A DNA stretch of 64,000 nucleotides, taken from assembly GCA_963817955.1 (NCBI GenBank), contig CAWFQK010000002.1:1024001-1088000 (forward strand). Direction: 5' to 3'. This DNA is from an uncultured Gemmatimonadaceae bacterium (GTDB lineage Bacteria; Gemmatimonadota; Gemmatimonadetes; Gemmatimonadales; Gemmatimonadaceae). This document shows, piece by piece, positions 38,079 to 47,987 of the stretch (position 1 is the first letter of the stretch; every line of letters begins with the position of its first letter). Both the position numbers and the translations under genes were made by a program. The notes beneath the pieces were generated by a model, which saw nothing but the letters and a program-made list of their open reading frames with translations, was not told where the DNA came from and did no database searches.

Positions 38079-40271
38079 ATGAGCTCTCCCTCTATTCGCA
38101 CCGACGACGCCGTTCATACGCCGTTCATTCCCGCCACTGAAGCCCCGGCGGAATTGACACCTGGCGTCATCATTCTCGGCATCATTCTCGGCCTGATGTT
38201 TGCCGCCTCGAGCGTGTACCTCGCGCTCAAGGTCAGCCTCACGGTCAGCGCGTCGATTCCCGTCGCCGTCCTGTCGATCACGATCTTCCGCTACATCTCG
38301 AAGATCCTTGGCCGGCCGCCAGCCACCATTCTGCAGAACAACATGGTGCAGACGACCGGCTCGGCAGGTGAGTCGATCGCAGCAGGCATTTCGTTCACGT
38401 TGCCGGCCCTGTTGCTCCTCGGCTACAACCTGCCGTGGACCACCGTCATGGCGATCGGCATCGTCGGCGGCATCCTTGGCGTCATCTTCATGATCCCGCT
38501 GCGACGCAGCCTGATCGTGAAGGAGCACGCCAACCTCAAGTACCCAGAAGGGACGGCCTGCGCGCAGGTGCTGATCGTCGGCGAAGAACGCGGCATTCAG
38601 GCGAAAACCGTGTTCATGGGGTTCGGTGTCGGCGCGGTCTACAAGTTCATCGCGTCAGGACTGCACCTGTGGCTCGAGGTGCCGCGCCGAGCGTTCGAAA
38701 CGGCGATAGCGGGAGGACGGACGCAACTGTTTGGGGAAATCCAGGCGGAGATCAGCCCGGAGCTCACCGGCGTCGGCTACATCATCGGGCCGCGTATTGC
38801 CGGATATCTCTTCGGCGGCGGCGTGCTCGCGTGGTTCGCCCTCATCCCCGCGATCAAGTTCTTCGGCTCCGGCTTCACCACGACCATTTTCCCGGCCAAC
38901 AAGCTTATCGCCGACATGTCAGCGAGTGAGATCCGGTCGAACTACATCTACTACATCGGTGCCGGTGCAGTGACTGCGGCGGGCATCATCAGCCTCGGCC
39001 GAACGCTTCCCACGATCTGGCAGGCGCTCGTCGCTGGGCTCAAGGATTTCAAGGGCCGCGGAACGGCCGACGCGACGCGACGCACAGAGCGCGACATGCC
39101 GATGATCGTCGTCGTCGTCGGCGCACTGCTCTGCCTCGTGGCCATGGTCGCATTGCCGCAGATTCACATCAACATCATCGGAGCGCTTCTCGCGCTCTTC
39201 TTTGCGTTCCTATTCGTCACGGTGTCCAGTCGCATCACCGGTCAGATCGGCTCGTCGTCAAATCCGGTGTCGGGCATGACGGTGGCGACGCTGTTGCTCA
39301 CCTCGCTCATGTTCCTCGCCGTCGGGTGGGTTGGCATAGAGTACCGTGTGCTGGCGCTATCGATCGGCGGTGTGGTCTGCGTTGCGGCCTCGACGGCCGG
39401 AGCGACTTCACAGGATCTCAAGACCGGCTTTCTCGTGGGCGCTACGCCTTGGCGCCAACAGTTGGGACTCCTCTTCGGCGTGACGGCCTCCGCGCTGCTC
39501 GTTGGCGGCATCATCCACTTCCTCAACGAAGCCAAGCAGACCATCGTCGTGAAGAACTATGCAGGTGTCGTGGTCCATGACATCGAATCCAGCCCCATGA
39601 CACTGCGCAACGGCCGACTAGTGTCCGTCAGTGGTGGCGAGGCGGACAGCATGGTGTTCCGCGTCGGCCACGTGTATGAACAGACAGGGGCCGCACCGGC
39701 GGGCAAGTATCTCGTCGACCAGGCTGGCGCCATTCGCTATCTGGTGGACCCAGGTCTCGGCGGACGGGAGCGCGTGAACTACGACGGTCGCGAGATCGAC
39801 AAGCTCGAGTCGCCCAAGTCGCAGATCATGGCCCTGGTCGTCGACGGCATTTTGACGCAGAAGCTGCCGTGGGGTCTGATTCTCGTCGGTGCATTTCTGG
39901 CGATTGCCATGGAACTCATCGGCGTGCCGTCGCTGCCAGTGGCCGTCGGTGTGTACCTGCCGATCTCGACATCGGCCACGATGTTCATGGGAGGTATCCT
40001 ACGCTGGATCGTGGACCGCCGTCTCTCGCCGGAAGAACGCCAGGGCGCGAACGCAGATTCAGGTCCGGGCGTGTTGTTCTCGTCCGGCCTCATCGCCGGT
40101 GGCGCGATCACCGGTGTGATTCTCGCGGCATTCCAGGCAAAGGGACTCGACACCGCCATTGACTTGTCGAAGCGGGTCGGATCGTCGAGCAACGCAGTTG
40201 CAATGATCGCATACTTCTTACTGCTTGCCGTTCCGGTGTACCTGGTGGCGCGCGCGAAACGGTCAAAGTGA
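38079..40271 (+). CDS. OPT family oligopeptide transporter
   Basis: YLALKVSLTVSASIP, SAGES, YPEGTA, GSSSNPVSGM, QDLKTG, LFSSGLIAG. Confidence 0.93.
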   Translation: MSSPSIRTDDAVHTPFIPATEAPAELTPGVIILGIILGLMFAASSVYLALKVSLTVSASIPVAVLSITIFRYISKILGRPPATILQNNMVQTTGSAGESIAAGISFTLPALLLLGYNLPWTTVMAIGIVGGILGVIFMIPLRRSLIVKEHANLKYPEGTACAQVLIVGEERGIQAKTVFMGFGVGAVYKFIASGLHLWLEVPRRAFETAIAGGRTQLFGEIQAEISPELTGVGYIIGPRIAGYLFGGGVLAWFALIPAIKFFGSGFTTTIFPANKLIADMSASEIRSNYIYYIGAGAVTAAGIISLGRTLPTIWQALVAGLKDFKGRGTADATRRTERDMPMIVVVVGALLCLVAMVALPQIHINIIGALLALFFAFLFVTVSSRITGQIGSSSNPVSGMTVATLLLTSLMFLAVGWVGIEYRVLALSIGGVVCVAASTAGATSQDLKTGFLVGATPWRQQLGLLFGVTASALLVGGIIHFLNEAKQTIVVKNYAGVVVHDIESSPMTLRNGRLVSVSGGEADSMVFRVGHVYEQTGAAPAGKYLVDQAGAIRYLVDPGLGGRERVNYDGREIDKLESPKSQIMALVVDGILTQKLPWGLILVGAFLAIAMELIGVPSLPVAVGVYLPISTSATMFMGGILRWIVDRRLSPEERQGANADSGPGVLFSSGLIAGGAITGVILAAFQAKGLDTAIDLSKRVGSSSNAVAMIAYFLLLAVPVYLVARAKRSK

Positions 40272-40324
40272 GCAGGTAACGGTATCCCGCACGCCTCTTT
40301 CATTCAGCCGCACAGTTAACCGAT

Positions 40325-42010
40325 ATGTCATTCGTTCGAATGCTCACCGCGCTCGGCGCGTCCTTCTCGCTCGCGTCGACGCTCGGTGCGCAGCGCGCAG
40401 GGCCGCCGCCGGCCGATCTCATTGTCACCAACGCCCGCGTGTACACGGTGGACGATTCCCGTCCATTCGTGTCCGCGCTGGCGGTGCGTGACGGCCGTGT
40501 GCAGTTCGTGGGATCGTCGCGCGAAGCACTCCTGCTGCGCGGCCCATCGACACGAGTGATCGACGGCACGGGGCTGACGGTGATTCCCGGCATGGTGGAC
40601 GCGCACGCGCACTTGTTCGGGCTCGCCGAATTCCTACGCAGTATCGATCTCACCGACACGCGGTCGTTCGACGAAATCGTTGCGCGCGTTGCGGCACGCG
40701 TGAAGGATACGCCGGCCGGCCAATGGGTGATCGGCCGAGGGTGGGATCAGAACAAGTGGGGCGACACCCGCTTTCCGACGCACGATGCGCTGTCGCGCGT
40801 CTCACCGAATACGCCGGTGGTGCTCGAGCGAGTAGACGGTCACGCCATTCTCGCCAACGCGGCAGCGATGCGCGCGGCGAAAGTCACTGCCGCCACGAAG
40901 GACCCAGCCGGCGGCCGCATCGAGCGCGCAGCGAACGGCGAGCCGACGGGCGTGTTCGTGGACAACGCCATGGAGTTGGTGAACCGCGTGGTTCCGTCGA
41001 TGTCGCGCGCTGAGATGCGCAGCGCGACACTTGCCGCCGTTGCCGAGGCGAACCGCTACGGGCTGGTTGGCCTTCACGATGCCGGCGAGCCCCGCGGCGT
41101 GATCGACGTCTTCGAGGAGTTGGCGCAGGCCGGCACCTTCAATCTTCGCGCGTACGTGATGGTGTCCGACGACAGCGCCGCGATCGAGCACTACTTCCAG
41201 CGCGGTCCGCAGAGCGCCCTGTACGACGGCCACCTCTGGATTCGCACCATCAAGCTGTACGCGGACGGGGCGCTCGGCTCGCGCGGCGCGGCGCTGCTCG
41301 ATCCGTACGCCGATGACTTGAAGAACAACGGCCTGCTCAAGACCACGCCCGAGCACTTGCGCGACGTCTCGACCAGGGCGCTCCAGCACGGCTTCCAGGT
41401 GGCGACCCATGCAATTGGAGACCGCGGGAACCGCGTGGCACTCGACGCGTATGAAGCAGCGCTCAAGGCGGTGCCAACCGCGGACCATCGGTTTCGCATA
41501 GAACATGTGCAGGTGCTCGACCATGCCGACGTGCCACGATTCGCTCAGCTCGGCGTCATTCCATCCATGCAATCGGCACATCAGACGAGCGACATGTACT
41601 GGGCAGCGAACCGGCTCGGCTACGCGCGCACATTCGGTGCGTACGCTTGGCGATCACTGTTGAACACCGGTGTCATCATCCCGAACGGCAGCGACTTTCC
41701 GGTGGAGCGCGTGAACCCGCTCTACTCGTTCCACGCGGCCGTTTCGCGGCAGGATGAATTCGGTTGGCCGCCAGGCGGCTGGTTCCCCGAGCAGAAGATG
41801 ACGCGCGAGGAAGCACTCAAATCCATGACTATTTGGCCGGCCTTCGCTGGTTTCCAAGAGAACATCAGCGGTTCCCTCACGCCGGGGAAGTACGCGGACT
41901 TCGTGATCCTCGACCGAGACATCATGACAGCGCCAGAGAATGACATCCTCGGCACACATGTCCTGGCGACCTATATTGGAGGCAAGGCAGTCTTCGAACG
42001 CAATCGTTAA
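40325..42010 (+). CDS. Secreted amidohydrolase (YtcJ/Amidohydro_3 type)
   Basis: PGMVDAHAH, KLYADGALGSRGA, THAIGDR, RIEHVQ, GSDFPV. Confidence 0.92.
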   Translation: MSFVRMLTALGASFSLASTLGAQRAGPPPADLIVTNARVYTVDDSRPFVSALAVRDGRVQFVGSSREALLLRGPSTRVIDGTGLTVIPGMVDAHAHLFGLAEFLRSIDLTDTRSFDEIVARVAARVKDTPAGQWVIGRGWDQNKWGDTRFPTHDALSRVSPNTPVVLERVDGHAILANAAAMRAAKVTAATKDPAGGRIERAANGEPTGVFVDNAMELVNRVVPSMSRAEMRSATLAAVAEANRYGLVGLHDAGEPRGVIDVFEELAQAGTFNLRAYVMVSDDSAAIEHYFQRGPQSALYDGHLWIRTIKLYADGALGSRGAALLDPYADDLKNNGLLKTTPEHLRDVSTRALQHGFQVATHAIGDRGNRVALDAYEAALKAVPTADHRFRIEHVQVLDHADVPRFAQLGVIPSMQSAHQTSDMYWAANRLGYARTFGAYAWRSLLNTGVIIPNGSDFPVERVNPLYSFHAAVSRQDEFGWPPGGWFPEQKMTREEALKSMTIWPAFAGFQENISGSLTPGKYADFVILDRDIMTAPENDILGTHVLATYIGGKAVFERNR

Positions 42011-42104
42011 AGGCTGCCCGTTCGTAGGCCACACGTTCATTAGGGCCGGTGTACAGGCCACCGGCCGCTGGATTCGGACAGACACCGCCTCAATCCATTT
42101 GCTC

Positions 42105-43175
42105 ATGCTGAGTCCGTCCTCGCTCGCATTCCTCAAGCGGTTGCTTGACACCCCTGCTCCCTCCGGGTTCGAGGGGCCTGCGGCTCGCGTCTGGCGAGAG
42201 GAAGCAGCGACGTTTGCCGACCGTGTCACAACCGATGTCGCAGGGAACAGCATGGCCGAGGTCAACCCGAACGGCTCGCCGACGATCATGCTCGATGGCC
42301 ACATCGACGAGATCGGGTTGATCGTGCAGTACATCGACGACGACGGGTATGTCTATCCGTCGCCGATTGGCGGGTGGGACACGCAGGTGCTCATCGGCCA
42401 GCGCATTCGGTTTCTCGGGCGGGGCGGTGACGTACTTGGCGTGATCGGCAAGAAGCCGATCCACCTGATGAAGGTGTCCGATCGCGACAACGCGACGAAG
42501 ATGACCGATATCTGGGTGGATATCGGCGCATCGAGCCGCGCCGAAGCGGAAGGTCGCCTGACCGTTGGCGACCCGGGCGTCATCGATTCCAAGACGATCG
42601 ACTTTCCGAACAACCGCATCGTCTCGCGCTCGATCGACGATCGCATCGGTGCGTTCGTCGTGCTCGAGGCACTGCGCCGCTACGCGCAGAACCCTGGCTC
42701 GGCACGCGTCGTGGCCGCCGCAACGACGCAGGAAGAAATTGCCTGGCGCGGCGGCGGCGCGCTCGTCTGCACGAATTGCATCAATCCGCAAATGGCCATC
42801 GTCGTCGACGTGACGTTTGCGACCGATCATCCGAATATCGAAAAGAAGGAGATCGGCGATCATCGGATAGGCGGTGGTCCGGTCATCAGTCGCGGCGCCA
42901 ACATTTCGCCGGTCGTCTTCGATGCGTTGCGCGCCACGGCCGAACGCCAGGGCATCAAGTATTCGCTGCACGCCGTTGGACGTGACACCGCTACCAACGC
43001 CGATGCGATTCACCTCGCGCGCGAAGGTGTGGCGACTGGTCTCGTCTCTGTTCCCAACCGTTACATGCATTCACCGAATGAGATGGTGAGCCTGGACGAT
43101 GTTGACAAGACGTCGACTCTGCTCGCCGAAGTGTGTCGTGAGGTGAGCGTGAACACGGACTTCACCGCGCGCTGA
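42105..43175 (+). CDS. M42 family aminopeptidase
   Basis: PSGFE, GHIDEIG, SIDDRIG, TQEEI, VDVT, RYMHSP. Confidence 0.92.
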   Translation: MLSPSSLAFLKRLLDTPAPSGFEGPAARVWREEAATFADRVTTDVAGNSMAEVNPNGSPTIMLDGHIDEIGLIVQYIDDDGYVYPSPIGGWDTQVLIGQRIRFLGRGGDVLGVIGKKPIHLMKVSDRDNATKMTDIWVDIGASSRAEAEGRLTVGDPGVIDSKTIDFPNNRIVSRSIDDRIGAFVVLEALRRYAQNPGSARVVAAATTQEEIAWRGGGALVCTNCINPQMAIVVDVTFATDHPNIEKKEIGDHRIGGGPVISRGANISPVVFDALRATAERQGIKYSLHAVGRDTATNADAIHLAREGVATGLVSVPNRYMHSPNEMVSLDDVDKTSTLLAEVCREVSVNTDFTAR

Positions 43176-43209
43176 CGCGCACCATCGACTCACTCGGGGA
43201 AACCATCCC

Positions 43210-44484
43210 ATGTTCGCACTACGTTTCCGCCGGACGCAATGGATCGCGACGGCGGTCGCCGTGTCCGCCTGTGCACCGGCGCGCACCACACCGGTGCCGT
43301 TTGCCATTCCCGACTCCGCCGCGATTCGCCGCGATGTGAACTATCTCGCGAGCCCAGCGCTCGCCGGCCGGCTTACCGGTACCCCGGGCAACGACTCTGC
43401 TGCAGCGTGGATTGCGCGGCGCTATGCCGCACTCGGCTTGCGCTCGCTCTCGCCGTCATACTTGCAGCACTTTGTCGCTCGCCCGGCAGCACGGGGCCCG
43501 AGCCCTTCCCTGCCGACGCAGAACGTGTTCGCGGTGCTACCGGGGACGGACGCGTCGCTGCGCGGCCAATACGTCGTTCTCGGCGCTCACTTCGACCACC
43601 TTGGCACTTCCACTGAAGGTGCGCTCGACCCGGACGCCGTTGGCGCCGTGCGGCTCGGCGCAGACGATAATGCGTCCGGCACGGCCGCGGTGCTCGAGTT
43701 GGCGCGCCTGCTGGCACAGCATCCGACGCGGCGGTCGATCATTTTCGCGAACTTCTCTGGTGAGGAGGAGGGGCTGCTCGGATCGTCGTATTTCGTCGAG
43801 CACATGCCCGTCCCGGTGGACAGTGTGGACGCCATGCTCAATTTCGACATGGTGGGCCGCCTGAAGAACGATCGGCTGATCGTGTACGGTGTGGCAACGG
43901 CGACCGAGTTGTCGGCATTGGTCGACAGCGCCAACGTCGCTCCGCGCTTGTCGGTGGCTGCGCAGGGTGACGGCTCTGGACCGTCGGACCACGCCTCGTT
44001 CAATGCGAAAAACATCCCGGTGCTGCACTTCTTCACCGATCTGCATGAGGACTACCACCGCGCCTCGGACACGCCGGACAAGATCAACGCCGGTGGTGAG
44101 GCACGTGTCGTTGCAATGGCCGAGCGTGTCACGCGTGAAATCGCCGATCGCCCGCAGCGGCTGACGTGGGTGCGCGTCGCGGCGCCCGTCCAGGCCACCT
44201 CGCGCGAAGGGAACGACGTTTACCTCGGCTCCATTCCTGATATGGCCGGCGGCGACACGCCGGGGTTGCGAATCACGGGCGTTCGACCGGGTAGTCCCGC
44301 GGATGCCGGCGGGCTCAAGCCGGATGACATCATCGTGGAATTCGACGGAACGATCGTGAAGGATCTTTACTCGTATTCCGACGCGCTGTACGCCCACAAG
44401 CCGGGAGACGAGGTCACGGTCGTGGTGCTGCGCGGCGGACAGCGAGTTTCGCTGCGAGTGAAGCTCGGAAAGCGCGGTGCGTGA
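43210..44484 (+). CDS. M28 family peptidase lipoprotein with PDZ domain
   Basis: VSAC lipobox; GAHFDH, GADDNASG, GEEEGL, NFDM, SDH, YHRASD; YLGSIPD PDZ. Confidence 0.92.
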   Translation: MFALRFRRTQWIATAVAVSACAPARTTPVPFAIPDSAAIRRDVNYLASPALAGRLTGTPGNDSAAAWIARRYAALGLRSLSPSYLQHFVARPAARGPSPSLPTQNVFAVLPGTDASLRGQYVVLGAHFDHLGTSTEGALDPDAVGAVRLGADDNASGTAAVLELARLLAQHPTRRSIIFANFSGEEEGLLGSSYFVEHMPVPVDSVDAMLNFDMVGRLKNDRLIVYGVATATELSALVDSANVAPRLSVAAQGDGSGPSDHASFNAKNIPVLHFFTDLHEDYHRASDTPDKINAGGEARVVAMAERVTREIADRPQRLTWVRVAAPVQATSREGNDVYLGSIPDMAGGDTPGLRITGVRPGSPADAGGLKPDDIIVEFDGTIVKDLYSYSDALYAHKPGDEVTVVVLRGGQRVSLRVKLGKRGA

Positions 44485-45383
44485 GTCTTCACGCCTGGTC
44501 CAGCGCCGGCTGCGGCTTTCCCCTTCCTGAAGGGCATCGGTTCCCGATCGCCAAGTATGCGTTGCTGCGGGACACGGTGCTGGCCGAAGGCATCGTCGCG
44601 CCCGAAGACCTGCACGTACCAGCACCGGTCCCGCGCGACGACCTGTTGCTCGTACACACGGCCGACTACGTCGATCGGTTCACGAACGGGGAATTGACCG
44701 CAGCCGACGTGCGACGCATCGGGTTTCCCTGGTCGCCCGCGCTCGTCGAGCGCTCATGGCGCGCGGCGGGCGGCACCTGGGAAGCCACCCGGCACGCGCT
44801 CAGCCACGGCGTGGCCATGAATCTCGCCGGCGGAACCCATCATGCTTTTTCGTCACACGGTGAGGGGTTCTGCGTCTTCAACGACGTCGCCGTTTCCATC
44901 GCGTCTTTGCTGCGCGAGGGACGGATCGATCGTGCCGCAATCATCGACCTCGACGTGCATCAGGGCAACGGCACGCACGCGATCTTCGCCGGAGACGAAC
45001 GCGTTTACACATTCAGCATGCACGGCGCCCGGAATTTTCCGTTTCACAAGGTACCGGGCCGCCTGGATATCGAGCTCGGGGATCGCACCGGAGACGAGGA
45101 GTACCTGGCGCACCTCGCACAGGCGTTGCCTCGGGTGCTCGCCGAATCGCGGCCGGATCTCGTCGTGTATCTCGCCGGCGCGGATCCCCACGAACGCGAT
45201 CGGCTTGGGCATCTTGCCTTGACCTTTGACGGGCTCGCGCGGCGCGACTCGATGGTGCTCGACGCTTGCCGTGAAGTGGGATTGCCGGTGGCGGTGACAA
45301 TCGCCGGCGGGTACGGCGAGCCCATCGAGCATACCGTCCGCGTGCATACGACCACGGCGCGTATTGCCGCGCGCCATGCATGA
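44481..45383 (+). CDS. Histone deacetylase family protein
   Basis: HRFP, GGTHHA, GFCVFND, DLDVHQGNG, AGAD, AGGY; GTGA overlap. Confidence 0.93.
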   Translation: MSLHAWSSAGCGFPLPEGHRFPIAKYALLRDTVLAEGIVAPEDLHVPAPVPRDDLLLVHTADYVDRFTNGELTAADVRRIGFPWSPALVERSWRAAGGTWEATRHALSHGVAMNLAGGTHHAFSSHGEGFCVFNDVAVSIASLLREGRIDRAAIIDLDVHQGNGTHAIFAGDERVYTFSMHGARNFPFHKVPGRLDIELGDRTGDEEYLAHLAQALPRVLAESRPDLVVYLAGADPHERDRLGHLALTFDGLARRDSMVLDACREVGLPVAVTIAGGYGEPIEHTVRVHTTTARIAARHA

Positions 45384-45497
45384 CCGGGGCGGTCGCCGTC
45401 AGCCCGTTAGCAGACTGTTGAAAGAGTGCTGGACAGGAGTCAGAAGCTCGAGGGCATGCGCATCACTTCGAGGGGCCGAACGGCGTTCTTGACGCAG

Positions 45498-45580
45498 ACG
45501 GCGCAACAGCTTTTGAACGCAGAGGACACAGAGAACTGCAAGAGGTCGCAGAGAACTGCAGGAGAACTGCTGAGAACTGC
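45498..45580 (+). repeat. Left inverted-repeat arm with GAGAACTGCA subrepeats
   Basis: ACGGCGCAACAGC...AACGCAGAGG...AGAGGTCGCAGAGAACTGCAGGAGAACTGC. Confidence 0.9.
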
Positions 45581-45624
45581 AAAAGAAAACTGCAAGCGTA
45601 CGGAAGAGGGAGGCGCGTATTGGT

Positions 45625-45681
45625 GGAATGAACCGTGATTGCCGAGTCCACAATCATTCCGCCTATGTCGTTAATGACCAC
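45625..45681 (-). pseudogene. Fragment resembling the N-terminus of a GxxExxY protein
   Basis: VVINDIGGMIVDSAITVHS, ending before the expected GPGLLESxY motif; recognised by eye. Confidence 0.45.
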
Positions 45682-45757
45682 GACCTGGCGATACCCTCGG
45701 AGCGTCACGACGGCATCAAACAAGACATCCAGGCGAGACCATCCTTCACGGTCCTCC

Positions 45758-45820
45758 GCAGTTCTCCTGCAGTTCTCCTGCAGTTCTCTGCGACCTCTGC
45801 GTTAAATGCTGTTGCGCCGT
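45758..45820 (-). repeat. Right inverted-repeat arm
   Basis: Reverse complement ACGGCGCAACAGCATTTAACGCAGAGGTCGCAGAGAACTGCAGGAGAACTGCAGGAGAACTGC. Confidence 0.9.
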
Positions 45821-45854
45821 TCACAGGGATCCTTCGCTTCGCTCAGGATGACAG
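45819..45854. repeat. 36-nt REP-like palindromic repeat, copy 2
   Basis: GTTCACAGGGATCCTTCGCTTCGCTCAGGATGACAG. Confidence 0.85.
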
Positions 45855-45871
45855 CCCGTTAGCTTTCTCGC

Positions 45872-46762
45872 ATGCTCCCCATACCGCCACCACGCGAATC
45901 CGGCTTCACGACCAGCACACCCGTGCCGCTATTCTGGGCGGCATATGGGGCGAGCGACGCACCCCCATTGCTCGTGCTCCACGGTGGTCCCGGCGCGCAT
46001 CATGACTACCTGTTGCCGCAGATGCTGCGACTGGCAGACGGGTATCGCCTGGTATTCTACGATCAGCGCGGCGGGGGCCGGTCAAAGACCGACGATCGCA
46101 CCCCGATCACCTGGCAGACGCACGTTTCGGATCTCGATCGCGTAGTGGATGAGCTGTCGATCGAGCCCCTCTCGATCGTCGGGTATTCGTGGGGCGGCCT
46201 TCTCGCCATGCTATACGCAGTCGAGGCTGCGCACGGCCGCACACGGCACGTACCCAAGCGCCTCGTGTTGATCGATCCTGCACCACCGAACCGGCACTTC
46301 CGGCAAATATTTGAAGCCGAATTCGCACGACGACAGAGCGACACCGCGGTCGTGCACCTTCGCGCGGAACTCGCCGGTTCCGGCCTTCGCGAGCGCGATC
46401 CCGAAGCGTATCGGCAGCGCGCGTTCGAGCTCAGCGTCGCCGGGTACTTCGCCGACCCCTCCGCGTCACATGACCTCACGCCCTTTCGCGTCACGGGACG
46501 CGTGCAGCAGTCTGTCTGGGAAAGTCTCGGCGACGTCGACCTCCTGGCGCCGGGCCAGTTGGACTCGGTGAGCGTGCCGACGCTGATCGTTCACGGCAGG
46601 CAAGACCCAATTCCGATCGCCTCGTCGGAATCCGTTGCCGCCACCTTGTCCGCGGCAACGCTTGTGCCCATCGATGGCTCGGGTCACGTACCGTATGTCG
46701 AGCAGCCGGAGCCACTGTTTGAAGCAATCGACCGCTTTCTCCACCGAACCGAACATTTGTAA
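45872..46762 (+). CDS. Alpha/beta hydrolase (proline iminopeptidase-like)
   Basis: HGGPG, YDQRGGGRS, GYSWGG, HGRQD, SGH. Confidence 0.88.
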   Translation: MLPIPPPRESGFTTSTPVPLFWAAYGASDAPPLLVLHGGPGAHHDYLLPQMLRLADGYRLVFYDQRGGGRSKTDDRTPITWQTHVSDLDRVVDELSIEPLSIVGYSWGGLLAMLYAVEAAHGRTRHVPKRLVLIDPAPPNRHFRQIFEAEFARRQSDTAVVHLRAELAGSGLRERDPEAYRQRAFELSVAGYFADPSASHDLTPFRVTGRVQQSVWESLGDVDLLAPGQLDSVSVPTLIVHGRQDPIPIASSESVAATLSAATLVPIDGSGHVPYVEQPEPLFEAIDRFLHRTEHL

Positions 46763-46815
46763 GTCCAGCCGGCTCGCGCCTTGCCAGCAACCACCCCGAA
46801 CCGTTAGCAGTTGCC

Positions 46816-47271
46816 ATGCCTTCTCCAGACGCCGCCGAGCATCCGCACATAGCGACCATCGAGCATCTGGGACGCCAGTACACCGTCTCGTGCCGCGTCG
46901 CATTCGACGGGCTCGAGTTCGTCGGCCGGTTGTGGTTCATCGAAACGGGTGCGAGTAACGGCGGCTTGCCCGATCGCGCCGCCATTCCTGGCCGAACCCG
47001 TGACGAGGTATTGCGGTTGGCGCGGCGTCTATCGATCTACGATCTCGGGCTCCGACACCGCCGTGCGCTCGCCGAAAAGCGACGCTTCCTTGCCCTGCGC
47101 CGCGTGACCGATGACGTCCTGACGAAGATCCGCTACCTCAACCAGCTCGCGATTTCCGTGCGCGATGGACTGCTCGACGAAGAGGGCGCGGCCCAGGAGA
47201 TGGAACTCATCGAGCGGCAACTGCACGAGTGCATCGACCATCTGCGGCAGAACGCCGGCGTCGAGGAGTAG
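46816..47271 (+). CDS. Hypothetical protein
   Basis: 151-aa ORF filling the gap; beta-rich N-half, helical C-half. Confidence 0.7.
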   Translation: MPSPDAAEHPHIATIEHLGRQYTVSCRVAFDGLEFVGRLWFIETGASNGGLPDRAAIPGRTRDEVLRLARRLSIYDLGLRHRRALAEKRRFLALRRVTDDVLTKIRYLNQLAISVRDGLLDEEGAAQEMELIERQLHECIDHLRQNAGVEE

Positions 47272-47301
47272 CCGCCGTCACGCATGTAATTAGAGATTGC
47301 T

Positions 47302-47964
47302 ATGCCGCGAAAACACGCCGTGCGCCGCACCAAGCCAACCCCGCAGCGAGCCGCCGAGATCTACGACCGGCTACAGACACACTATCCGGATGCGCACACT
47401 GCCCTCCACTTCAAGAACGCTTTTCAACTCCTCATCGCGACGATCCTCAGCGCACAATGCACGGACAAGCGTGTCAACATGGTCACGCCCGCACTCTTCA
47501 AGCGCTACCCGACACCAGCGGCACTTGCCGCCGCCAGACCGGAGGACGTTGAAGAGATCATCAAGACCATCGGCTTCTTCCGAGGGAAGACGAAAAGCCT
47601 GATCGGAATGGCGACGGCGGTGGCCAGCCAATATCACGGTAAGGTGCCAAACGAGATGGACGCGCTGGTCGAGCTGCCCGGCGTCGGCCGGAAGACAGCG
47701 AACGTCGTCCTCGGTAACGCCTACGGCAAGAACGAAGGCATCGCAGTGGACACGCACGTCGGGCGTGTGAGTCAACGCCTGGGGCTGACGGCACAGACTG
47801 ACCCGGTGAAGATCGAGCAGGACCTCATGAAGATCTTCCCGCGCGACAAATGGACCTTGCTTTCACATCTCCTGATCGAGCACGGGCGCACGATCTGCGA
47901 AGCCCGGCGTCCGAAGTGCGAAATTTGTTTCCTGAACGATATTTGCCCGTCTTCGCAGGTATAG
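47302..47964 (+). CDS. nth: Endonuclease III
   Basis: LSAQCTD, LPGVGRKTANV, VDTHV, CEARRPKCEICFLNDIC. Confidence 0.96.
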   Translation: MPRKHAVRRTKPTPQRAAEIYDRLQTHYPDAHTALHFKNAFQLLIATILSAQCTDKRVNMVTPALFKRYPTPAALAAARPEDVEEIIKTIGFFRGKTKSLIGMATAVASQYHGKVPNEMDALVELPGVGRKTANVVLGNAYGKNEGIAVDTHVGRVSQRLGLTAQTDPVKIEQDLMKIFPRDKWTLLSHLLIEHGRTICEARRPKCEICFLNDICPSSQV

Positions 47965-47987
47965 TCATCGTCACCTACCGGTCCGCT

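Larger units (their letters stand above)
45400..45863. mobile_element. Putative non-autonomous insertion: 12-bp flanking direct repeat, long inverted repeats, GxxExxY-like remnant, REP-like copy
   Basis: CAGCCCGTTAGC at 45400-45411 and 45852-45863; IR arms 45498-45580 and 45758-45820. Confidence 0.55.

Noticed and set aside
17704..45383. SET plus HDAC as a bacterial chromatin-modification system
   Set aside because: The genes are 26 kb apart in unrelated contexts, both families are common in bacteria, and no histone-like gene is visible
45426..45723. ORFs 45426..45638 (+) and 45463..45723 (-) as real genes
   Set aside because: Mostly translations of the repeat arms; only the short GxxExxY-like segment looks protein-derived
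45498..45820. CRISPR array
   Set aside because: Repeats are ~10-nt tandem or inverted units without unique spacers; no cas genes
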